NCBI GenBank assembly: GCA_947490265.1
Contig: CANLGQ010000001.1
Location: 1 to 63,617, forward strand
Direction of reading: 5' to 3'
DNA length: 63,617 nucleotides
Source: Pseudomonadota bacterium
GTDB lineage: Bacteria; Myxococcota_A; UBA796; GCA-2862545
Shown here: piece by piece, positions 56,992 through 63,617 of the stretch
Layout of the letters: every line of letters begins with the position of its first letter
Position numbering within the stretch: the first letter of the stretch is position 1
Notes under the pieces: model-generated
Seen by the model: only the letters and a program-made list of their open reading frames with translations
Database searches by the model: none
What the model was told of the DNA's origin: nothing
Made by a program: the position numbers and the translations under genes

Positions 56992-58068
56992 ATGTCCGAC
57001 GAAACACCACCCCATCCTGGGTCTTCCTCGGAGGTCACCACCTCCTCACCGGCGATGCTCCGCGAGGGGGCCGATCTGGTTCGCGCGTGCAAGCCCTTCA
57101 CGGAGGAGGACCGGCCGCGCACTTGGCGTTTGCTGGCAAGTTCGGTGGCGGTCTATGCGACGTTCATCGCCCTGGCCGTCGTCCTGCCGGGGTGGCCGCT
57201 GCGGCTTGCCGCCGGCCTGGTGGCGGGAGTGGTGCTCGTGCGCCTGTTCATCTTCTACCACGACCAGCTGCATGGGGCGATTTTCTCGGATTCACCGGTC
57301 GGTAAGCTGATCATCCGCAGCTTCGGCGTCCTGACCCTGAATCCTCCCTCGGTCTGGAAGGAGACCCACGACTACCACCACCAGAACAACGCCAAGCTCC
57401 TCGGGGCGAGCATCGGCAGCTACCCGGTCGTCACGGTGCGAATGTGGAAGAACCTGACCTCCCAGCAGCGCTTCTGGTATTCGTTCGCCCGGCATCCGCT
57501 CACGATCCTCTTCGGCTACTTCACGATCTTCACCATCGGAATGTGCCTGTCGTCCTTCAAGCGCGATCCCCGACGGCATTGGCAAGGCCCGGCGAGCCTT
57601 CTGTTTCACTGGGGTCTCATCGGCGCCATCACCCTGCTGGCGGATTTCCCGACGGCCGTTTTCACTGTGCTGGTTCCGGTGATCGTCGCCGACGGGCTCG
57701 GCGCCTACCTTTTCTATGCCCAGCACAACTTTCCATCGATTTCGCTCCGGGATCGCCGCGATTGGCAGTACTGGTATGCTGCCGTCAACAGCTCCAGCAT
57801 GTTCGACATGCCCGCGATCTTGCACTGGCTCACCGGGAACATCGGCTACCACCACGTTCACCACCTGAACCACAAGATCCCGTTCTACCGCCTTCCCGAG
57901 GCGATGGCCGCCATGCCCGAGCTGCAGGCCCCGGGGCGCACGTCTTGGCATCCGGCCGATGTCGTTGCGTGCCTGCGCCTCAAGCTCTGGGATAGCGACC
58001 GGCAGCGGATGGTTGGGTGGGAGGGACTGAGCGCCGACCCTATTCCTGCTCCCCAGCCACATCGCTGA
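56992..58068 (+). CDS. membrane fatty acid desaturase
   Basis: Three His boxes: HDQLH, HDYHHQNN, HHVHHLNHKIPFYRL. 4-TM profile. Confidence 0.88.
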   Translation: MSDETPPHPGSSSEVTTSSPAMLREGADLVRACKPFTEEDRPRTWRLLASSVAVYATFIALAVVLPGWPLRLAAGLVAGVVLVRLFIFYHDQLHGAIFSDSPVGKLIIRSFGVLTLNPPSVWKETHDYHHQNNAKLLGASIGSYPVVTVRMWKNLTSQQRFWYSFARHPLTILFGYFTIFTIGMCLSSFKRDPRRHWQGPASLLFHWGLIGAITLLADFPTAVFTVLVPVIVADGLGAYLFYAQHNFPSISLRDRRDWQYWYAAVNSSSMFDMPAILHWLTGNIGYHHVHHLNHKIPFYRLPEAMAAMPELQAPGRTSWHPADVVACLRLKLWDSDRQRMVGWEGLSADPIPAPQPHR

Positions 58069-59014
58069 CCAGCCAGGCGTGCCGCTCAGCCCCATCGGGG
58101 AAGGCGGCGAGCGCGTGCATCAGCTTGGGGACCGCCGCCTCCACGCGCATCTTGCCCCCCGGGACGGCGCCGAGATCCGCCAGCGCCTTGCTGTTCTGGT
58201 ACATGCCCAAGTCGACCAGCCCGCCGTGCTGGGTCACGACGAGGATCTCCACCCCGCGGCCCCTCGCGCGCTCGAGCACCCGCGCTAGGCGGTGTTCTCG
58301 GCTCGGAAGCGTCCCCACGCCAAACGCTGCGACGACCACCCCGCGCACGTCGCTGTCGAGCATCGCCTCGACCCATCGCGGGTCGAGGCCTGGGGCGATG
58401 TGGAGAACCGCGACGCGCGACTCGAACCGGGGGTCGCACGAAAAAGGCCCAGTGGGACGCCGCAGGTGTCGTCCCACGGCGAGGTCCACGCCGAACCGGG
58501 CGAGGGGTTCGAGGCCGGGTGTGTCGAACGCCCGGTAGAGCCGTGCATCCGCCTTCACCGCGCGACATCCGCGGAGGAGCAGGCCGTCGAAACAGATCCC
58601 GACCTCGGGGACGTCGCGGGTGGCGATCTCCACGGCGTCCTGGAGGTTTCGGCGGGCGTCGGTGCGGAGGGCCGCGAGCGGCCGCTGCGCGCCGGTGAGC
58701 ACGACGGGGCGATCCAGGTTTCGCAGCGAAAAAGCCAGCGCACCCGCCGTATATGCCATGGTGTCCGTTCCGTGGACCACCACGAAGCCGTCATAGGCGC
58801 TCCGCCCGGCGGCGATCCGGCGGGCGACCTCGGTCCACTCGACGGGCCCGACGTCGCTCGAGTCGAGGTTGCAGACAATCTCGGTGTGCAGCTCGGCAAC
58901 CGCGGCGAGTTCGGGCACCCGGTCGGCGATGGCCTGGGCATAGGTGCCGGGTTCGAGGGGAGTTCCCAGCATCCCGAGCGTTCCCCCGGTGTGGATCACC
59001 AATACCCGCGCCAT
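58040..59014 (-). CDS. type I L-asparaginase
   Basis: ATG 59014 (MARVLVIHTGGTLGM, the Thr-Gly-Gly-Thr active-site motif). HGTDTMAYTA. 324 aa. Its 3-prime end overlaps the desaturase by 29 nt. Confidence 0.88.
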   Translation of the reverse strand: MARVLVIHTGGTLGMLGTPLEPGTYAQAIADRVPELAAVAELHTEIVCNLDSSDVGPVEWTEVARRIAAGRSAYDGFVVVHGTDTMAYTAGALAFSLRNLDRPVVLTGAQRPLAALRTDARRNLQDAVEIATRDVPEVGICFDGLLLRGCRAVKADARLYRAFDTPGLEPLARFGVDLAVGRHLRRPTGPFSCDPRFESRVAVLHIAPGLDPRWVEAMLDSDVRGVVVAAFGVGTLPSREHRLARVLERARGRGVEILVVTQHGGLVDLGMYQNSKALADLGAVPGGKMRVEAAVPKLMHALAAFPDGAERHAWLVSDVAGEQE

Positions 59015-59057
59015 CCGGCCTCCGACCGCTAGGTTAAGCAGGCGGGGAGAGGATGGC

Positions 59058-60815
59058 ATGCTCGCCGCGTGGTTGTGGGTCAGCGTAGCAACCGCAGGTC
59101 CCGAGGAAGGGGTTGCGAAGCTCGTTCAGGACGGCGAGTTCGAGCGGGCGCAAAAACGGTGCGAAGAGGTCGGGCTCGACGATGCCCCTCCCCTGCGGGA
59201 GGCCTGTGCGAAGGCGTTCTTTCCCGCCGCGCAGCAGGCGAACAGCGTAGCGTCCTGGCAGGCCTTCGTCGCGCGCTGGACGGGCACCGCACTCGAAGGC
59301 GAGGCCAGCGAGGCCGAGGCCAGCGCTGCGCTGTATGCGGTCGGCTATGGTGCTCGGGAGGCAGATTACGCGGCTCTGCTCGCCCAATACCCAAACAGCG
59401 TGGTCGCCCCCGCGCTCTCCGACCGCATGGGCGCTGCGGCGATTCGGGATGCCTTCGATGGGGACGAAGCCCGCCGGGTGGCGCTGAAGTACCCGCGGCA
59501 CGAACAGGTCTCTACCTTGGTCGAGCGGTACCTCGCGGCCTTCGCGAAGGTGGAGATCGGCGAGGCCGGGCCGGTGATTGCGCTCGACCCGCCGACCGTT
59601 CCCGCGTCCGAGGTCAAATGGTCGTGGGTCTTGCGGCACCCCGACGGCCGGATCGAGGCGTGGAACACCCTCGCCGAGGCCCACCTCCTCGGGCTGGGGC
59701 TCCCTCCCAGCTTCGTGAATTACGCGAAAGCGCAGGGAAATCAGTCGTTCCCGCCTTGTTTGCCGCTCGGGGTCGCCGGCGAACTCGCGATCCAGCTGGT
59801 CTTCGAGAGCGGGAGCGCCTTCGTGCCCGCACCGGTCGATCCGGCTTGTGCGGCCACCGCGCCCCCGGCGCTGTTCGTCGTCTCGGGGGGGAGGATGTCG
59901 GCCCTCTCGCTGGCACCCGGTCACCGCCTCGTGCTGCCGCCCGCGGTGCCCCCGCCCGCGGCGCCGTGGTTCCCGTGGGGCGCTCCCTCGGGAGTCACCC
60001 ACATCTTCGCCCCGTTCCCGGCGGGTGACCCGATCGTCGCCGGCGCAGTGCTCGGACAGCCGATCGGCGCGAAGCCCGAATCCGGGCCTGGGCTCTTCCT
60101 CCTGTCCCCGATTGCAGGCGGAATGCCATGGTATATCCTGACCAACCCGCCGCCGAGCGCGGTTGCGCTGCCGGTGGACTTTCGCACCGCCCCGCTCCCG
60201 AGCGGCTGGACCTTGATGGCGGCCGGCCGCCCGGTACAACCGGGCGTGGACTCGGCGGAGCCCGTACAGGTCTCAGGGCCCGCCGGTGCCGATTGGTGGC
60301 TGCCCGCAGGGGACCCCCGGGTGTTTTCCCAGCTCTTCGCCAAGCTGACTGGCATGAATCAGGAGAATCCAGCGATCCGACGGCCGCGGGGCGAGCCGCT
60401 CCCGCCGGCTGCTCAGGGCTTCACGCTGAGCGGGCAACTCGCCGGACCGCCCGGGAGCGCGCCGGTCGACCTCGAGCCCCTGGATAAGACTGCCTTATCC
60501 GCCCTCTCTCCCGTACTCGCCGCGCTCGGCGTCACCGCCTCCCGCGCCTGGAAGGTCGACCTCGGGCCCGACGCGCCGCACGTCGTGTTCGAGGGGGCGA
60601 ACCAGGCCGGGGTCCAATTGCGGGGAATCGCCGACTTCGCGGGTCGCGGGTTCGTGTGGGTTCGCGAGCCCCGGGCACAGAGCAAGCCTGAGGCTGTCTT
60701 CGCCTTTCGCCTCCGGGAACAACCGTACTTCGCGTGGACCGGCACGGGAGCCACCGGGCCGTACGTCGAGGCCGTGCACTTCGAGGGCATCGGCCTGGTT
60801 CGAGAGTTCCGCTAG
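59058..60815 (+). CDS. hypothetical secreted protein (585 aa)
   Basis: ATG 59058 (MLAAWLWVSVATAGP). The N-terminal part is helical and the C-terminal two-thirds Pro-rich. No family recognised. Confidence 0.6.
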   Translation: MLAAWLWVSVATAGPEEGVAKLVQDGEFERAQKRCEEVGLDDAPPLREACAKAFFPAAQQANSVASWQAFVARWTGTALEGEASEAEASAALYAVGYGAREADYAALLAQYPNSVVAPALSDRMGAAAIRDAFDGDEARRVALKYPRHEQVSTLVERYLAAFAKVEIGEAGPVIALDPPTVPASEVKWSWVLRHPDGRIEAWNTLAEAHLLGLGLPPSFVNYAKAQGNQSFPPCLPLGVAGELAIQLVFESGSAFVPAPVDPACAATAPPALFVVSGGRMSALSLAPGHRLVLPPAVPPPAAPWFPWGAPSGVTHIFAPFPAGDPIVAGAVLGQPIGAKPESGPGLFLLSPIAGGMPWYILTNPPPSAVALPVDFRTAPLPSGWTLMAAGRPVQPGVDSAEPVQVSGPAGADWWLPAGDPRVFSQLFAKLTGMNQENPAIRRPRGEPLPPAAQGFTLSGQLAGPPGSAPVDLEPLDKTALSALSPVLAALGVTASRAWKVDLGPDAPHVVFEGANQAGVQLRGIADFAGRGFVWVREPRAQSKPEAVFAFRLREQPYFAWTGTGATGPYVEAVHFEGIGLVREFR

Positions 60816-61822
60816 GACGATCTCCCGGCCTCGAGGGCGACTCGGCCCTCGACCTCCGGTACTTCCGCGAGGATCCGGTTCACGATTTCGTCGGCGCTGA
60901 TCCCCTCGGCCTCGGCCTCGAAGCTGCGCCCCAGCCGATGGCGCAGCGCGGGGAGCGCACTGGCCCGCACCCCAGCGATGCTGGCGTTCGGCTGGTGATT
61001 CATCAGCGCGTGGACGCGCGCGCCGAGGACCAGGGTCTGCGCGCCGCGCGGACTCGCCCCCCACTTGAGGGTGCGCTTCGCGGTGGGGGTCGCGCTGGGG
61101 AGCTCCGGGTGGGTGCCCAGGATCAACCGCAGCGCGTACCGCATCACCGAGGCATCCACGGGGATCTCGCGGACGATTCGCCGCATTCGCGCGAGGTCGT
61201 CGGCGTGGAGGACCGGTGAGACCGCCTGGCTCGCGACGCCGGTGGTGCGGCTCACGATGTCCGCGAGCTCGTCGATCGACGGAAACGGGACGAGCACCTT
61301 GTAGAAGAACCGATCGAGCTGGGCTTCGGGGAGCGGATAGGTGCCCTCCATCTCGAGCGGGTTCTGGGTCGCCAGCACGAAGAACGGCACCGACAGGGGC
61401 TTGCGCTCTCCGTGAATGGTGACCTGTCGCTCCTGCATGGCTTCCAGGAGCGCGGACTGGGTCTTCGGGGTCGCTCGGTTGATCTCGTCGGCCAGCAGAA
61501 CCTGGGTGAACACCGGGCCGGCTTGGAAGCGGAGGTGGCGACGTCCGCCCGCCTCCTCCTCGAGCAGCGTGGTGCCGAGGATGTCCGCCGGCATGAGATC
61601 CGGGGTGAACTGGATCCGGCGAAACTGAAGACCAAGGCATTCGGAGAGCGTTTTCACCAGGAGGGTCTTGCCCAGGCCCGGGACGCCCTCGAGCAGGACA
61701 TGGCCGTCCGCGACGAGGCAGGAGAGGACCCGATCGACCACCCCGGCTTGTCCGACCACGACCCGGCCGATCTCCTTGCGCAGCCGGTCGATTCGCTCGG
61801 CGAACCACTCGTGATCGTTCAT
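60812..61822 (-). CDS. MoxR-like AAA+ ATPase
   Basis: GGAGGG precedes ATG 61822. Walker A LLEGVPGLGKT, Walker B VLLADEINRA, and FFVLATQNPLEMEGTYPLPEAQLDRF, typical of MoxR. Confidence 0.9.
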   Translation of the reverse strand: MNDHEWFAERIDRLRKEIGRVVVGQAGVVDRVLSCLVADGHVLLEGVPGLGKTLLVKTLSECLGLQFRRIQFTPDLMPADILGTTLLEEEAGGRRHLRFQAGPVFTQVLLADEINRATPKTQSALLEAMQERQVTIHGERKPLSVPFFVLATQNPLEMEGTYPLPEAQLDRFFYKVLVPFPSIDELADIVSRTTGVASQAVSPVLHADDLARMRRIVREIPVDASVMRYALRLILGTHPELPSATPTAKRTLKWGASPRGAQTLVLGARVHALMNHQPNASIAGVRASALPALRHRLGRSFEAEAEGISADEIVNRILAEVPEVEGRVALEAGRSS

Positions 61823-61868
61823 CGCGTCCCTCCGAGACGTCGCGCTGTAACTCGCGGTACGATGCGGC

Positions 61869-62354
61869 ATGAACGTGGAAGTGAAGCGCGGTGGCTGTGG
61901 GTGTGGTGGCTGCCTGGCCAGCCTGTTCTCGGTGGGCCTGACGGCGGGGATCGGGATCGTCGTCCTGGGCGTGCTCTTGGCCATGCCGCGCGGCGGGTCA
62001 GACGCGGTGCTCGTGGCGATGGCTCAGTGCCCCGCGGTGACCGCGGCCATGGGCTCGCCGCTGCGGGTCTCGAAATGGTCGATGGGGTGTGGGGAGGAGT
62101 CTTCGGGCGGCGGGTCGGGGAACGCCCAGTGGACGATCTCCGTGCAGGGGCCAAAGCAGGGGGCGAGTGTGTCGTATGCTGCGAGCTACCTTGCTAACGA
62201 ACCCTGGGACGTACAGCGCGCGGTGGTGTCGCTCGACGACGGGACGACCGTGACCGCGGTCCCCTGCGAGGGGGGCGGCGGCTCGGTGCCGGGCACCAAG
62301 CCCCACCGCGGCGGCGGGGGAGAACGCGACGGGAAGGCAGGCAAGCGCCGCTAG
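61869..62354 (+). CDS. membrane-anchored protein with N-terminal GGCGCGGC motif (possibly Coa1-like domain)
   Basis: 161 aa. The Cys/Gly cluster comes immediately before a TM helix. The periplasmic part loosely fits the Coa1 pattern (MGSPLRVSKW...GNAQWTISVQGPKQGASVSY...WDVQRAVVSLDDGTTV). The assignment is tentative. Confidence 0.5.
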   Translation: MNVEVKRGGCGCGGCLASLFSVGLTAGIGIVVLGVLLAMPRGGSDAVLVAMAQCPAVTAAMGSPLRVSKWSMGCGEESSGGGSGNAQWTISVQGPKQGASVSYAASYLANEPWDVQRAVVSLDDGTTVTAVPCEGGGGSVPGTKPHRGGGGERDGKAGKRR

Positions 62355-62785
62355 CGATGGGGTCGGACCCGCAGCAGCAGCACCGGCTTGCGGAAGTTGC
62401 GGACCAGGCTCTCGGACATCGACCCGAACAGGCCGGTCACCCCCGCACGGCCGTCGTTTCCGCAGATCACCAGGTCATAGTCCGCCGATCTGCGGACGAT
62501 GGCGTCCGCCGGATTGCCGTGCTCGATGAAGGTCACCCCGCGCAGGGCCTCCGGGAGCCGGTCGCGTTGCGCCGCGAGGGCGTCGTGGACATGCTGATGC
62601 TCCGTCGCGAGGTTGGCCTCGATCACGGCCTGGACCGCCGGGTCCTTCACCCGCGCGCGGGGCTGGGTCAGCTCGTCGACGAACATGAGGTCGATCTTGG
62701 CGCCCATGCGCTCCGCCCAGGGCCGCGCCGCATCGACCAGCAGCTCGGGCCAGACGTTGAGATTCACCGGTAGCAGAATGCGCAT
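62351..62785 (-). CDS. universal stress protein family
   Basis: ATG 62785 (MRILLPVNL). C-terminal DLVICGNDGRAGVTGLFGSMSESLVRNFRKPVLLL is the UspA ATP-binding-type motif. Confidence 0.75.
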   Translation of the reverse strand: MRILLPVNLNVWPELLVDAARPWAERMGAKIDLMFVDELTQPRARVKDPAVQAVIEANLATEHQHVHDALAAQRDRLPEALRGVTFIEHGNPADAIVRRSADYDLVICGNDGRAGVTGLFGSMSESLVRNFRKPVLLLRVRPHR

Positions 62786-62843
62786 CACTCCCCCTTGCCC
62801 CAGCATACCGATCTCGGTGCAAGATGGGTGCCTGGGAGGGATC

Positions 62844-63413
62844 ATGAGCTACGGAACTCGGTTCGACCTCGCCGTCGCCTTTGCGACGGATCGGTTTCGG
62901 GACATCCACCGAAAGGGCACCTCCATCCCCTATGTCTCTCACTTGTTCGCGGTGACGGCCCTGGTCGCGGAAGGCGGGGGGGACGAGGAGCAACTCTGCG
63001 CTGCGGTGTTGCACGACGCCCTCGAGGACGTCCCTGGGTGTACGCCGGCGAGCCTCGAAGCGGAGTTCGGCGCGCGGGTGGCACGCCTCGTGGTGGCCTT
63101 GTCCGACAGCGTCGACGAGCACCCGAAGCCGGCGTGGCGGCTTCGCAAGGAGCGGTACATCGCCCACCTGCGCCGGGCGCCGGAGGAGGTGAAGCTCGTA
63201 TCGGTGGCGGACAAGCTCCACAACGCCACCACGGTCCGCCGCGACCTGGAGCGCCTGGGACTGACGACGATGGACCGGTTCAAGGGGGGCGTGGAGGGGA
63301 CCCTTTGGTATTACCAGCAGGTGGCGGAGGCGCTGGCGGACGGCTGGTCGCATTGGCTCCTCGAAGAGTTGGTCATCGAAGTCCGTAGAATGGAGCGGCT
63401 CATCCATGAGTGA
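62844..63413 (+). CDS. HD domain protein, small alarmone hydrolase (RelA/SpoT hydrolase-domain-only)-like
   Basis: GGGAGGG precedes ATG 62844. FATDRFRDIHRKGTSIPYVSHLFAV...AAVLHDALED is the HD_4 pattern. 189 aa. Confidence 0.8.
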   Translation: MSYGTRFDLAVAFATDRFRDIHRKGTSIPYVSHLFAVTALVAEGGGDEEQLCAAVLHDALEDVPGCTPASLEAEFGARVARLVVALSDSVDEHPKPAWRLRKERYIAHLRRAPEEVKLVSVADKLHNATTVRRDLERLGLTTMDRFKGGVEGTLWYYQQVAEALADGWSHWLLEELVIEVRRMERLIHE

Positions 63414-63617
63414 GGTTGCGGATTGGATCGCCAGGCAACCGGCGGTCGCCCAGGCCGATCTGGCGGCGATTCACGAGCGGATCGCCGCGGCGGCGCCGGC
63501 GCTGCGCGTGGTCGCTGCGGAGATGCTGGCCTATGGCCCGTTCCGGTACCGATATGCTTCCGGCCGGGAGGGAACCAGCGCGCTCGTCTCGGTGTCGGTC
63601 CGGAAAGCGGGGTTCTC
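63406..63617 (+). CDS. DUF1801 (YdhG-like)-type protein, 3-prime partial
   Basis: ATG 63406 overlaps the end of the HD gene by 8 nt. The frame is open to the window edge (MSEVADWIARQPAVAQADLAAIHERIAAAAPALRVV...YGPFRYRY). It is not in the ORF track because no stop lies in the window. Confidence 0.4.
   Translation, partial: MSEVADWIARQPAVAQADLAAIHERIAAAAPALRVVAAEMLAYGPFRYRYASGREGTSALVSVSVRKAGF

Overview
This is a very GC-rich window (roughly 70% by eye, not computed). I call about 58 protein-coding genes on both strands and found no rRNA, tRNA, CRISPR array, integrase, transposase or other mobile-element signature. All calls rest on reading the supplied translations, motif recognition, third-position GC bias, Shine-Dalgarno spacing and start/stop geometry. 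No database search was run, so family names are recognitions, not hits. Lineage markers point to a Myxococcota chromosome: a MYXO-CTERM sorting tail, an AgmX/PglI-type C-terminal domain, thrombospondin-type-3/OmpA proteins and many lipobox lipoproteins. Confidently recognised housekeeping genes include nuoM-nuoN (end of the complex I operon), typA/bipA, ETF-ubiquinone oxidoreductase, lspA-lgt, comEC, yqeY, ssb, a SulP/STAS transporter, MFS and APC permeases, an S8 protease, a CFA-synthase-family methyltransferase, a fatty-acid desaturase, a type I asparaginase, a MoxR AAA+ ATPase, a Hanks-type Ser/Thr kinase, a universal stress protein and an HD small-alarmone-hydrolase-like protein. The rest is dominated by envelope proteins. 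High GC creates many long, Arg/Pro/Gly-rich antisense shadow ORFs in the six-frame track, and I reject these. I see no canonical defence or mobile system. The candidates most worth follow-up are listed here. (1) An 8x IPT/TIG lipoprotein and a Kelch/Fn3 ORF lie in the same frame, split by a single TAG. (2) A six-gene translationally coupled array (yqeY, two paralogous Cys-rich 113-aa lipoproteins, a third lipoprotein, an OmpA_C-like protein) is followed by a rhomboid protease gene. (3) A FliB-family (flagellin lysine-N-methylase-like) cysteine-cluster protein has no canonical start codon, sits in a presumably non-flagellated lineage, and lies next to a coiled-coil protein and a divergent Ser/Thr kinase. 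(4) Two coupled sulfatase-fold paralogs carry Thr in place of the formylglycine Cys and sit behind a small 4-TM protein. (5) A TSP3/MopE-like/MYXO-CTERM acidic repeat protein is coupled to a TSP3-OmpA barrel. (6) A LysM-N-terminal beta-barrel protein has OmpA architecture in reverse. None of these can be shown to be novel from sequence alone.
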